From the NCBI RefSeq assembly GCF_009914755.1, contig NC_060927.1: a stretch of 64,000 nt of DNA. The stretch is one strand, 5' to 3'. The position numbers and the translations under genes were made by a program. The DNA comes from the human T2T-CHM13v2.0 reference genome, Homo sapiens. Shown here piece after piece: positions 30,523-48,779 of this stretch; positions within the stretch are counted from its first letter, which is position 1; each line of letters starts with the position of its first letter. The notes beneath the pieces were generated by a model. The model saw only the letters and a program-made list of their open reading frames with translations. It did no database searches and was not told the DNA's origin.

Positions 30523-30810
30523 GGCCGGGCGCGGTGGCGCACGCTGGTAATCCTAGCACTTTGGGTGGCGGAGGCAGGCTGATCACGAAGTCAAGGGATG
30601 AAGACTATTCTGGCCAACATGGTGAAACTTCGTCTCTACTAAAAATACAAAAATTAGCTGGGCGTAGTGAGGCACACCTGTAGTCCCAGCTACTCAGGAA
30701 GCTGAGGCAGGAGAATTGCTTGAACCCGGGGGGCAGAGGTTGCAGTGAACCAAGATCGCGCCGCTGCACTACAGCCAGGCAACACAGCGAGACTCCGTCA
30801 CACACACACA

Positions 30811-30853
<43 letters not shown>
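30523..30853 (+). mobile_element. AluSc-like with (CA)n(AAT)n microsatellite tail
   Basis: gatcacgaagtcaagg left arm; tail of about 14 AAT units. Confidence 0.9.
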
Positions 30854-30854
<1 letters not shown>

Positions 30855-30889
30855 CCCTACCAATAACAATATAGCAAAGAGATAAAAGC

Positions 30890-31080
30890 AAACATCCTAG
30901 GTAGGGGGTGTTTAACATATGCCAAGGGCTGTGCTAAGAGTTCTTCATGCATTAATCTTTTAGCCTTCTCAACAATCCTGTGAGGTGTTGTAATTCCCTC
31001 CCTTTTTTTTTTTTTTTGATGTGGAAAGAGAGGCTTACTAACTTGCTCATGGTCATTCATCTGTTAATCAGTAAAGCCTA
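30890..31080. mobile_element. MIR
   Basis: atgccaagggctgtgctaagag...ctcaacaatcctgtgagg...aacttgctcatggtca. Confidence 0.65.
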
Positions 31081-31181
31081 CTCAACCACACTTAAACAAA
31101 CGGGTGTTCAGAGGTGACCCAACTGAATCAGAAATGCCCTATATTTCCTGCCAAACAGCCTCATATCGAATGTCAAATTAA

Positions 31182-31509
<328 letters not shown>

Positions 31510-33120
31510 GACTATTTCTTTTTTATTGTTGTTACTTGTAAATGCACAGCTCCATGCTATTACGTGATTATCCCTGTTGAAAACAAGGCAACGACGGCTT
31601 CTACAGTTTACAAATGTAGTATACATACATTGGAAGAGGCTGAGATACTAAAGACCAGTACTGACAAAGTAAAATGCAATCAGTATGACCTTGAAATAGA
31701 GACTTTAAAGAAATACAAGCATAAATGATTATGTTACCCATTAGCACCTCAACTTTAAATGGCGTTTTCTTCATCACCTCCCCAAAAACAACAAAGCATA
31801 TCTTTAGTCTGTTTCTCTCCGATGAACCAATGAAGAAAACATGTATTTCCACAGGGAAAACCAGTCCCGAAAATGCTTTTTCTGGAGGATCACATAATGT
31901 AAAAAGAAGGCTCTTCTGTGTAATCCTTGGGGAACTATACCAGAACAGCTTTCCCACCGGGAAGCCACTACTCACCCCCACTTCTGTGGTACAAAAGAAT
32001 CACTATCAATCATCTCCTTTTGTTTAGTTGTATTAGGAAGCAGCAAATTAGGTCAAGGAGATGATATTTTCATAGAAGACACTTTGCTATTATTTCCCAG
32101 GACATACACTGCTCCCAATTACTTAATGATTATGATGCATGGAATAAATACAACCAATCACATTCATCCAAAGAAATGATAATTTCATAAGATACACAGG
32201 TGCCACTCCACTTATTTAATATGTGGCAAAGGATAACTAGAACCAATGGAACAAAATGCCTGAAATCTTTTACCAACATACCACTACATAGATGTCTACC
32301 TATTCCTTACAATAAAATAATCCTGAACAAATCAAATAAACGTTTAAAAAAAAAAACCATGGAAGTAGTAGAAGAAAATGTGGGTGACTGTATTTATAAC
32401 CCTGGAGTGGAAAGACATTTTAAAACATAACATAAAACTCAAAACTCTTAAAGACACTGATAAATTTGATTGAACAGAACTATCTTTATAGTGAAAATAC
32501 CTATAAAAATTAAAAATGCAAGGAGAAACTAAAAAAGTCTATTTGTTGTGAAAAAAGGATAAGCCTATTAATATACAAAGAGTTCTTACGAATCAATGAA
32601 AGAGGTAAACTAAGTAGAAAAACATGAGCAAGGGTTACACTAAAGCTTTAATAATTGTGTAAAAAGACACACAAATGACTAATTAACCTACAAAAGATGC
32701 TAAACTTCATAAGTGATGAAGGAAATGCAAAACATCAAAGACCTATCAGGTTTCATGTGTCAGAATGGCAAAATGTTACAATTTCAGAAAACTGAGTATC
32801 AGCAAGGAGAAACAGACAATCTTTTGATGAGAATGAAAACTGGTCCTCTAGCTTTTAGGGAGAGCAGTTTGGCAATCTATATCAAAACTAAAAATTCACA
32901 ACCTTTTACCTAGCAATTCTATTTCTAGAAATTTGTCCTATAATTATATAAGCACAAGTAAACATAGTATGTTGAACAAAAATTTTCAGTGCAGTTCTCT
33001 TTGCCAGAAAAATGTACCCCCTCCACATACACACACCTAGAAGCTTAAACATCCATTAATGGGAAATCTTACTAATTTGATTATGGTATGTTCATACAGT
33101 ACCACAGTCATCCAAAATAG

Positions 33121-33766
<646 letters not shown>

Positions 33767-35067
33767 TATTTATATGTACTGATATGGAAATTTTGTTAAA
33801 ATATATTGAGAAATGGGATAGAAAGCAAGTTGCAGATATGCATATATACTATGATTTCATTATATAAAAGGGGCATATATACATTTATTTATACCCACAC
33901 ATATACATATAATTGTAAAAGCAAACACTATTTTTTGTGAGTCTGGATAAGAGAGGAAGATATTTACTTTTCATTTATTAACCCTTTCAAAGAGTTTGAA
34001 TTATTTTTACTGGGCATATATAATTATTACTTTTAAAAGGACACTAGCACATAGAATCTATTTGTCAAACATCCAAAATATTTGGAGAAAAAAATGTAAG
34101 ATACTGTAAATCATGCAGGTACATTTAAAACTCAGAAGGGGGCAAATCCGCCCATAATCAGGATGACCAATTCATTTTTCATTTACTTTTGGTACCTTGT
34201 ATGTGAAAAGTCCCAGCATATAAATATATTTTTTATTATTGTTTTACATTATAGTATGTTTGCCTAGTGTTAATGGTGAAAGTGTTTTAGTTTGAATTGA
34301 CTTTTTAAAATAACCTACAGAAAAAAGTTTAGTACTTAGTCAATTTATTTTTCCCATAGCGATCACTAGGTTAAACACTGAATTTTCTGTATTTGCAGTG
34401 TTTCTGCATGACGAATTTTGTAATTATCTTGGCCTCCACATTCCAAACAGCTTTGTGGTTTCATTTACATGAAATGTGAGTTTCCTTTTCTTGCCTCAAC
34501 TGAATCTTTAATTATGAGCTGAACCATAATTATAAAAAGTTATGAGTTGAAAAATTTATCCTTCAAAATTCACACTGACAAACTCAAAGACAGAAATAGC
34601 TTAAGCAAGCAATTTATACATAAGTTTACTTCTCTGTAAAGTGGGTGGTTATCTGCTGCATATGAAAGCACTCAGTCCAACCAGCCATGCTCCTGATGGT
34701 AGAAGCATCTCAAGAAATGAATCTCACATCTCAAGTCTTTAGTAATGTTGTTCCCAAAGATGCTTTAAGCCCAGGGACAAACAGAACTGTGTGAACCTAA
34801 CTACTAATGATCACAGGGTGTCCAATCAACATGAAAATAAAAATAACTAATAGAAGATACATAAGTTAATGATCCAAAATAACTATATATCTGTTTCTAG
34901 GAAGGATGGTTAATGGGATCAAATCAATCAAGGCTGACTGGTTTTACCAGATAATATAGGTGTGGCCCAAAATAACTCAAATTGTTAAATAAGGTTCTAT
35001 CTGAGAATAAATAGTAACTTTGAACTGAGTATGCATACAATTACTTTTGGACCCAAGTGAAACTTTA

Positions 35068-35435
<368 letters not shown>

Positions 35436-35440
35436 GCATA

Positions 35441-35808
35441 CAGACAGTCCCCAACTTACGATGATTTTACTTAAGGTTTTTTGACTTTATGATGGTGGGA
35501 AAGCGATACGCATTCAGTAGAAACAGTACTTTGGGTACCCATACAACCATTGTCTTTTTCACTTTCAATACAGTAGTCAATAAATTGCATGAGATACTCA
35601 ACACTTTATTATAAAACAGCTTTGTATTAAGATAATTTTGACCAACTAATGGCTAATGTAAGTGTTCTGAGCACATATAAGGTAGGCGAGGCTAAGCTAT
35701 GATGTTTGGTAGGTTTAGGGGTATTAAATGCATTTTCAACTTACAATACCTTCAACTTATGACAGGCTTAACCGAGGCATAACCCCATTGCAAGTTGAGG
35801 AGCATCTA
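35441..35808 (-). mobile_element. MER47A-like (TcMar-Tigger) element
   Basis: cagacagtccccaacttacgatg ... caagttgaggagcatct termini; internal gctaatgtaagtgttctgagcac. Confidence 0.8.
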
Positions 35809-38043
35809 TATTTTTGGTTGATGCTTTTTAAAAACGCCATACTATATTGTAGTACATAGTTTTATTTGAAACTGATACCAGGTATTTTTCATTATCTGTT
35901 ACTATATATTCAATTTTTCATTATCTCTTGGGTGAATTTTTAAATGATTGAGTTTGAAGGGGCCAGCAGAGCTCTTCTAGTCCAACCACTGTCTTGTAGG
36001 CAGAAAACTGTCATTTTAACTCCCTACATCTCTCAAATGAACAGGATGAAAAAGGAGCCTTTATGCACTGTGTCAATCAGCTGTACTGGGTTATTGGACA
36101 GAAATATGTTAGGGGCCAACTGCCCAAAATGTCCTGACTGCTTGGCAAGTGGGACCGAGCAACCACGTCCTTTCATAGTAATTAGGAAGCAGACTCAAGG
36201 GCTGCTGCTGGTGACAACAATCAAGGCCCCCATGTCCTCTGCAGCACAGGGGCACAATCCAGCTCCCTCAGGAAGGGCATCATGAATTAATTAAGACTAG
36301 CAAATGCCACAAGTAATATTTATGAAAAAAAACTCATCTGCTTTCTTATAAAAGAAAATGCTATTCTTATCATTTCATGGATATAGCACAAAGTATCAAG
36401 ACATGAACTTACTGAGTCTGGAAGTGGAAAAGCAACATACCTACATTCAAGATAAAGTTTTATGCTCTGCTAAGTCATATCTAGCTGCTTATTTTGGACT
36501 CAAGAAAATAGCATTACAGATAGTCAATTTATTGCCACAGGAAAGCCAACCAAGCTATACTTAGTCTCCACTCAACAGAACAGTATTCTGATCTTTTCTG
36601 GCAGGATTAAAGACTGAATTCTGATGATAACAGCTACTATGAGAAACTCGGAGTTGCAGAGCTGGTGAATATTCATGAAGTTTTCTTACTATAATGGCCC
36701 TTGGCAGGGAGGATGGAAGGGATGTGTACTTTTGAATGATCTAAGAAGCTTGGAGTTTATCTATCAGACTTGACTCTAGAATTTCAAATCCTAAATTAAG
36801 AGAAAAATTCACTTTTCACTGAAATTGATAAAGTATATTAGGAAAAATGCTCAAGATTCTGAAGCTAAAATCACTATGTAGATATTTCTCTCCACCTCAT
36901 AGGGAAAATGTTGGGTATCTCTGGTGTGTAAACAGCTGGCAGTGAGCTTCCACCCTGCTCTGCTTTTGTGTCTTACACACTATACTCTGGGCAGAGCAAG
37001 AGGATATCTTGGTCCCCAGAGATGCAGAGTGAGAGATGCCTCTGAGATCAGGTCCCTTGAGTAAAAGTTTCCAAGGCCCTGCTCCACCTCATGAACACTA
37101 AACACCTTTCTATTTTATCACTCACACCCCAAATTAAAATAAGAATGATCTGAATGTCATCACTGACTTGCCAGAAATGCAGGCACATGAGCAGGTTAAT
37201 TCTAAGAAAGCAACCCAAGGCTAAGGCTTTCATTTTCTAATACTAATTAAAAGAATTTCAAATAGCACCACAGAAAGACTTCTTGAAGGGATATAAGGGA
37301 GAGATTCTGTTTACAAGTCCTTTTAGTCCTTTTAGAGCACCTGAAAATTAGAACCTGGAGGAAGAGAAGGCCAGTGAGAAGGGTAACAGAAAATCATGTG
37401 CAAAAATGACTTGGTGCTCTGGGGATGGGGAACTGGTGGGAAGAGCTGTGCCTCAACTCTGGAGAGCTGAAAGTCAGGACCCTAGTTCATTTGTTTACTA
37501 TTTTCCAAACGAAAATAACTTTATCATATTCTGGTTTTTTAAAATACATGTTTATTGTTAAAAAAAAAAAAAAAAAAGCAGGGTCAGGACAAGGACAGCA
37601 AAGAAAGGCATTTTTTAAAATAATTATCGAGAAATACCCTAGAGTAAGCCCTTGCTGTTTCTCCAGCCTCACTTCTTTTTGTACATTTTATATACACATA
37701 TATAAAGTGTGACATAAATCAGACCATATAACTTTTTTTGTAACCAGATTTTGGCACTTAGTACATCTTATTCATGGATCCAACAATTATTTATTGAGAG
37801 CGTGCTATGGTGAGCACTTTAAAATGTGCCAGGGGTAAAGCTGACAACTATACAAGCATGTGACCTTCCAGTCAGGATGGTGCGTGAGTTCAAAATTTGC
37901 ACCCTTCCCCAGTAGAAACTATAATAATGGAAGCTTTAAAAAATACAGATAGTTATCCCCATGGGTCAGGAATGGAACAAACATACACAGCAGCTTGAAG
38001 TTCAAACACAGTCAGAAGTAGCTACCAAGAAATAGGATCTTCA

Positions 38044-38451
38044 GGATCACTGAGACCAGCAGTTTGAGACCAGCCTGGGCAAGACCTCATCTCTACAAAA
38101 GTTAAAACAAGGACAAAAAAAAACAAACTTGGCCAGGCATTGTGGTGCATGCATGTAGTCCCAGCCACTTGGGAGACTGAGGTGGGAGGATCACTTGAGC
38201 TCAGGAGTTCGAGGCTGCCATGAGCTGTGATCATGCCACCACTGCTCTCTAGCCTGGGCAACAGAATGAGATCCCCGACTCAAGAAAAGAAAAAGAAAAA
38301 CCTTCCGGGGCACATTTATTTGTAAACCATTCCAGAGGATAGAAAAGAGATGTAAAGCTCCCTAATTCATTCCATATGGTTAGCATAATCCTTATAGCAA
38401 ACTGCACAAATAAAACACCAGGAAAATTTAAAAAAAAAAAAAAAAAGGAAA
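38044..38451 (+). mobile_element. TSD-flanked retroposed insert: partial AluJ + old L1 fragment + AATAAA + poly(A)
   Basis: Perfect 17-bp direct repeat aagaaataggatcttca at 38027-38043 and 38452-38468; AATAAA at 38409-38414; A17 at 38430-38446. Confidence 0.88.
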
Positions 38452-38944
38452 AAGAAATAGGATCTTCAATGTAATCGGACTATCAATCCAGGTGTGGCAA
38501 GACAAAAGCCAGCCAGAGAGTGTGAAATGGGGGTTGGGGTTCCCCGTGAACAAAAGGAGACAGAAGAAGCTTTTCCAGCTGTGGGCCTCCTGCTAATAAA
38601 TGAAGCTATTCTACTGTTGAAACATTAGCCACAGAACCTGGACCAAATTCACTGAAGGCTCAGTATCTGGATTTGTGATATACCAAATAATAGCTTGAGA
38701 TAGAAATTTGGGCCTTGCATTTGTTTCTGGATTTGGGGACCCAGGGCAAGGTAACTATAGTACCACTAGATAGAAAGCAGTTGGTTTAGAGAAAAGAAAC
38801 AAGAGCATCACAAAACACAAATACCTTCCACTCTTGATGAACTTGGATAGGAAGTTAGACTGAAATGGAGGAAACCACCGAACAAAATGACCACTAGGTG
38901 AATTCACCCAGAAAGAAATGAAAATAATAAAGCAAGCTAAAAAT

Positions 38945-41560
38945 GACTTATTTTTAACAGCTTTCTTGAGTGATAACTGACATGCAATAAAGTACAAAGT
39001 ATACAACAATCAAGACAGTGAACATAACCATCACCATTATAATTTTATATTCACTAATACCTCACTATTTTGATTACAGTAGCTTCATAGTAAGTCTTGA
39101 AATCAGAGTATTAGCCCTCCAACTTTATTCATTTTCAAAGTTGTTTTGACTATTCTAAGGTCCTTTATATTTCATGTAAATTTTAAAGCTAGTTGATCAA
39201 TCTCTACAAAAAATGTCTGCTGGGATTTTGACTGGGACCACATTGAGTTTACACATCAATTTTGGGAGAACTAGCATCTTAACAATATTGAGCCTTCCCG
39301 CTCCTGAACCAGGTATATCTCTCCACATATGTAGAAGTCCTTTAATTTCTCTAAGCAATGTTTTGTGGTTTCCATACCTTTTGTTAGATTTTCCCCTAAT
39401 ATTTCATATTTTTATGCTATTGCAAAACGCATTACTTATTTCAATTTCAAATTGTCCATTGCCAGAAATAAAATAGATTTTTTTGCATATTGATTTTGTT
39501 TACTGCAATGTGGACAGACTTCTTTATTTAATTTCTAGTAGCTTTTTGTTGATTCAATTGAATTTTCAACATAGACATCATGTCATCTATGGATAAAGAC
39601 AGTTGTACTACTTCTTTTCCAATCTGGATGATTTTTAATTATTTTTCTTGTTTGATTGCACTGGCAGGGACCTCTAATACAATGGCAAATGGAAGCAGTG
39701 AAAGCAAACATCTCTGTTTGTGTTTCAGATCTTAGGTAGAAAGCGTTAAGGCTTCCACCATTAAGTATAATGCTAACTGTAGATTTTTCAGAGATGTGCT
39801 TTACCAGGTTTCATCAGAAATAAATGTTAGATTTTTACCAAGTACATTTCTGTCTCTATTGAAACAATGAAATAGTTTTCCTTTCTTAGCTTACTAATGT
39901 ATATATTACTTGATTGATTTTTAAATATTAAACCAATCCTGCATTACTGGGATAAATCCCTCTTGGCCATGGTATATTTATTCTTTCAATATATGGTTAG
40001 ATTCAATTTGCTAAAATTTTGTTTAAATTTTTGCATCTATGGTCATACAGGATATTGGTAGTTTTCTTTTCTTGTACCATCTTTGGTTTCTGGTATCAGG
40101 GTAATGCTAGCCTCTAGAATGAGTTGGGAAACAGAGCTTCTTCAATTTTCTGGGAAAGATTTTGTAAATTTGGTTATTATTTCTGAAATATTTCACTGAA
40201 TTTACCACTGAAGCTATCTGGCACTGGAGGCTTCCTTATGGAAACATTTTAAACTAAAAATTCTATTTTTTAATAGACACAGGGTTATTCAGGTTGTTTT
40301 TTTCTTGAGTGAGTTTAATAGTTTGTACCTTTCAAGAAAGTTTTCCATTTCATCTAAGTTCTTTCATTGATTGGCATAAAGCTATTTATAATATTCCCTT
40401 ATTCCTTTTAATATCTGTAGAATTTGTAGAGATGTCTCTCCATATTCTTCTCTCATTCCTGATACAGGCAAGTAGTGTCTTTTTTCCCTGATTAGTATGG
40501 CAATGGGTTTATCAATTTTGTTGACCATCTCAAAGAATTGGGTTTTGATTTTACTTATGTTCTCCACTGTTTTCCTAGTTCCTTATTTTTGATTTGATTT
40601 CTGTAATCTTTATTAGTCCCTTTCTTCTACTTACGTTGGGTTTAATTTGCTCTTCTTTTTCTAGTCTTTTAAGGTAGAAACTAAGGTAATTGATTTGAGA
40701 CCTTTCCCAAACTTTTCTAAAAGAGGAGTCATGTGCTGTAAATCTCCCTCCCCCTAAGTACTGTTTTAGGAGCATCCCACAAATTCTCATATGTAGTGCT
40801 TTCACTTTCATTCAGTTCAAGATATTCTTTTCGATTTTTAATTTGACCCATGACTCTTTAGGAGTGTGTTAGTTTCAAATATTTGGGGATCTTCCAAGTA
40901 TCTTTTTTAAATTGGCTTTTAATTCCATTATGGTGAGTTCTACATATTTATCAATTTATAATTTCTCTATATTACAAAATATATAATATTTACATATGTA
41001 TAAATTTATGTATACTTTATATGACTTGAATATTCTTAAGTTTGAGGCTTGTTTTATCGTGCAAAATATGGTATATCTTGGTAAAATGTTCAGTGTGCGC
41101 TTCCAATAATGTATTTCCTTCTTTTGCTGGGTGCTCTGTGAATGGCAATCAGGTAAAGTTAGGTGGTAGTGTTGCTCAAGGCTACCATTCCCTTGCTGAT
41201 TTTCTTTCATCTCTTCTATCAATTATTAACAAACGGGCACTGAAATCTTTTATTTAAGCTGCATATTTGTCTTTTTACCCTTTTGCTTCTAATAGTTGTT
41301 TTGCTTCATGTGGTTTGTTTAGCACTGTTAGGTCTATTTGATTGACTATCGTATCATTAGGACATGACCTTCTTTATCTCTGGCAACAGTTTTGCTCTGA
41401 AATCTACTTTGTCTAATATTTTAAAATAGCCACTCCAGCTTTCTTTTGATTAGTGTAACCATGGTGCATCTTCTTCCATTCTTTTACCTTTAACCTACAT
41501 GTGTCTTTATAGCTAAGATATGCTTCTTGTAAGCAGTATATAGTTGGGTCTTGCTTTCTT
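38945..41560 (-). mobile_element. Old L1M (MC/MD-type) ORF2 fragment
   Basis: Antisense ORF2 motifs; minus-strand ORF remnants KIKTQFFEMVNKIDKPIAILIREKR and DPTIYCLQEAYLSYKDTCRLKVKEWKKMHHGYTNQKKAGVAIL (endonuclease domain). Confidence 0.88.
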
Positions 41561-41909
41561 GCCCCCAAAATGGGGAAAAATGGAAAAAAGGCCCCAAAGT
41601 GGACTGTTAGCTGATGGGAAAGGGGTATCACTGATTTATTAGAGAGAGAGTATTAGGGAGCCAGGACAGGACAGAGGAGGTAGAAATTTAATATCATTGT
41701 TTGTGCTAAGGAAAAACGGGTAACATAAGATAGAAATGGGGACTTAAAATGTTTTGTGATTATAAAAGTGGTAAATCTGTAAAGGTACCTTAAAGAAAAT
41801 CTGAAATACGCAGATGATTTAAAGAAGAAAACAGAAATCACATGTAGTTCTACCACCCAGAGTAAACCACTGCAAGCATTTCAGTGTATGTGTGTCCTAT
41901 ATTATACAG

Positions 41910-43135
<1,226 letters not shown>

Positions 43136-43809
43136 TCTCTGCTCTTTGTATATATATCGTGATACATATTATAAAATGAACCTAATTTTAAATATATATT
43201 TTCAATAAATATATTTTTCAATTATATACACATTTTAAAATACACTTTTAACTAGCATGTTAAGCAATATATTCTAATATTTAACTTATGTTACAAATAT
43301 TTTCCCATATGATTAAATATGCTCAGGAAACATGATATTGTGAGTAGCACAATATCTACCCTAAGAATCTACCCTAAGAATTGAATTTAATTAATTTCCA
43401 ATTGAGCAACATATAGATTAACAAAGTTTTCAGTACTAAAAATAATGCTGTAAAGTATATCTGTTTATACAAAATAATTCTGTACTTCTGATTATTACCT
43501 ATGCATAAATTTCTATAAGTGGAATGACGACATTAAAAGGCATAAATAATCATAAGGCTTTCGATACAGACCAATTAATATTTTAATTTACCAATATATA
43601 TTCCCACAGCCAGCTTCCAACTTTGAAGATTGGAAAAGTAAAAACTTGCATTTCATTTTTTTCTCATTTAATTTTCCCTTATTACTAATGAACTTATGTG
43701 TTTGGTGAAATTAACATTGGGCATTTGTATTTCTGCTGTTGTGAATTACCTGCTTAATTCTTTTGACCACTTTTCTCTTGGGGGTATCTCTTTCTAAATG
43801 ATTTAAGTG

Positions 43810-43812
<3 letters not shown>

Positions 43813-43847
<35 letters not shown>

Positions 43848-43853
43848 ATATAT
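43813..43853. repeat. (CT)n(TA)n microsatellite
   Basis: About 15 CT units followed by short TA run. Confidence 0.9.
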
Positions 43854-44148
43854 AATCTCCTTACAGATACTATGTCTCATAATGAATTTGTTATAAGTTG
43901 TGGAACTCAAAAGACCATCAGTTATTACCATTCTGCCCAATTCTCACATCAGTGAGATGTATAAATATAATGTTATACTAAAATTCTGGTGTGTTTTTAC
44001 CTGGTTCTAATATCTAACCTTGAGATTTGGTTATTAGAGTCTAATTATTAAGACTCAATTTCCTCATTGATGCACATAAAAACTTAACCATTAATTATGC
44101 AAAAGTATTCTTATCCTACATTTAAAAATCAAGGCAAGAAAATAAAAT

Positions 44149-46584
<2,436 letters not shown>

Positions 46585-48333
46585 TTAATTAGCTAGACTT
46601 TGCTTTTGGCATGACCCACGTTTCACAGTTCCACATTCAATTCTTTCTTCAACCTCTCTAACTCCCATCTCTCGCCTATCGGTCTGTCCCATTGCCCTAG
46701 TCTTGTTCTTTCAGTGAAATGTATTCATATTAAAGCATTACTTCTGAAAGAGGGCTTGAAAAGAAGACAGGAGAATGCTGGAGTGTGGATCATCATGGGT
46801 GAGAATGACTTTCTGGAGGAGCTCTTTTCTGGCACACCTCATATCCCGCCACATAAATGCATGTTTTTTTACTCAACCTAGAGCAGGCAGCCTTGGCCAA
46901 TAACAAAATGCCATTAAAAAAACATATTGCTACATGACAGCCACTCAAGACAAAGGCATAAAAAGTAATGGGAGAAAGCAGATCTGCAGTTCCGGGGCCT
47001 TTCTTCCCTAAAGCTAGACAAATCTAAACATTGAATGTCAGAGCCCTGGGGACTTTCCTGTTAGAAAAGGGTAATGATGCTGTGGCATCTATTTTGACTG
47101 CTCAGAGGCTTCGTGCTCACCAATGCTGCCGGGATCCTAGGGCTCGGTTTTTATGTATTGCGGTGGCTATAAGCACAGCAATTTTCCAGAAATACATGGG
47201 TCCCTGGTTAATGTCATCTGCCCTTTTGGATCCTTTCTTGTCAATCAAAGATAGGGTTTGGGTTGTTTCAGAAACACAGGCTGCCCAATGAATGTCAGGG
47301 CTAACCCTGCTAAGAAGAGGGCAACTTCTAGAGAGAAGTCTAAATGATGCAATTTTAAAGCAAGCGAGCCGAGCCAGTGAGCCATCACCACCACCACCTC
47401 CTACTAGAGGCCAGGCAGGACAGCAGGAGTGCTGCGGACAAATTCTCTGAATAAATTTGTACTTGAATCTATGTCTTACCAGACTTAGTCTATGCTACAT
47501 TTGCTAGCTCTTTACTTCCTTTCCTACACAAATATAATTAAATCCCTTCTCTGTAACAGGCCCCAAAGTGAAGCAAACCGATATGGCTCCTGCCTTCCTA
47601 GGGTTTACAGCTTAGTGGGAGGGACAGAGACATAAACAAGTGTTTTTGGTACCAGGTAACAGGAAGTGTTAGGACTAGGAGGCTGGGGATGCTATGGGAG
47701 CCGGGGTCTGAGGCACGCTAAACCAGTTTTCGTGGGTGTAACCAGCTTCCTAAAGTAAGTGACAATGAAGCCAAGACCTGAAAGCCAAGGAAAAGTCAGC
47801 AAAATGAAAGGAGAATGAGCTAAGGGAAATCAAGGCATGTTTAAAGAACTGAAAAGAGTTGGTGCACAGAACATAGAATATGACTAGAAAAACCAAGAGA
47901 AAGTGCTAGAAACATAAGAAAGGGTCCAATTATCTATGATTTTGTAAGCCTGTTCAGAAGTTAGAGTTTATTAAGTCAATGCATGACAGGATGAGTTTTG
48001 TATTTTGGAAAGAACACTCTGACTGTACCATGGAGAAGACAGTAGAGGGAGCAAGAACAGGCAGAGAATCCAGGTGGAAGGCTCCTGTGGTCCTGTAAGG
48101 GCAGGAGGATGGTGGTGACCTTCATGATAGTGCTCATGGCAACGAGGAGAAAATGGCAGTCTGTAACGTGTGATGTGTGATGTGTTTGGGTGGCAGAACT
48201 GCCAGGGCTTGATGAAACGGGGCAGGATGGCGAAGGAAAAGACAAGAATGATGTCCACGTTCTTGGCTTGGGCAATTGAGTGGAAGTTAGTTTCATTCAC
48301 TGACAGACAAAGCACAAAAGGAGGAACAGTTTT

Positions 48334-48669
48334 ATTTTTATTATTTTATTTTTTCAAGATGGAGTCTCACTCTGTCACCCAGGCTGGAGTGCAACGGCAC
48401 CATCTCAGCTCACTGCAACCTCCGCCTCCTGGTTTCTCGGCTCACTGCAACCTCTGCCTCCTGGTTTCAAGCAATTCTCCTGCCTCAGTCTCCCAAGTAG
48501 TTGGGACTACAGGCATGCGCCACCATGCCTGGTTAATTTTTGTATTTTTAGTAGATACAGGGTTTCACCATACTGGCCAGGCTGGTCTCAAACTCCTGAC
48601 CTCAAGTGATCTGCCCACCTCAGCCTCCCAAAGTGCTGGGATTACAGTTGTGAGCCACCATGCCCGGCC
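48334..48669 (-). mobile_element. AluSx-like with an internal ~31-bp tandem duplication
   Basis: tctcagctcactgcaacctccgcctcctggtt repeated as tctcggctcactgcaacctctgcctcctggtt. Confidence 0.9.
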
Positions 48670-48687
48670 CCAAGTTTTATTTAAAAA

Positions 48688-48779
48688 TTTTTTTTTTAGA
48701 GACCAGGTCTCACTATGTTGCCCAGGCTGGTCTTGAACTCCTGGGCTCAAGCGATCCTCTTGCCTTGGCCTTCTAAAGT
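48688..48779 (-). mobile_element. FLAM/AluJ monomer, 5'-truncated
   Basis: ctcactatgttgcccaggctggtcttgaactcctgggctcaagcgatcctc. Confidence 0.85.

Noticed and set aside
47395-47420. CTCF-like word cctactagaggcca
   Set aside because: Mismatches at core positions; not supportable without ChIP data.
48170-48736. 188-aa ORF
   Set aside because: L2 plus antisense-Alu translation (typical [11 protein letters not shown] / [18 protein letters not shown] peptides).
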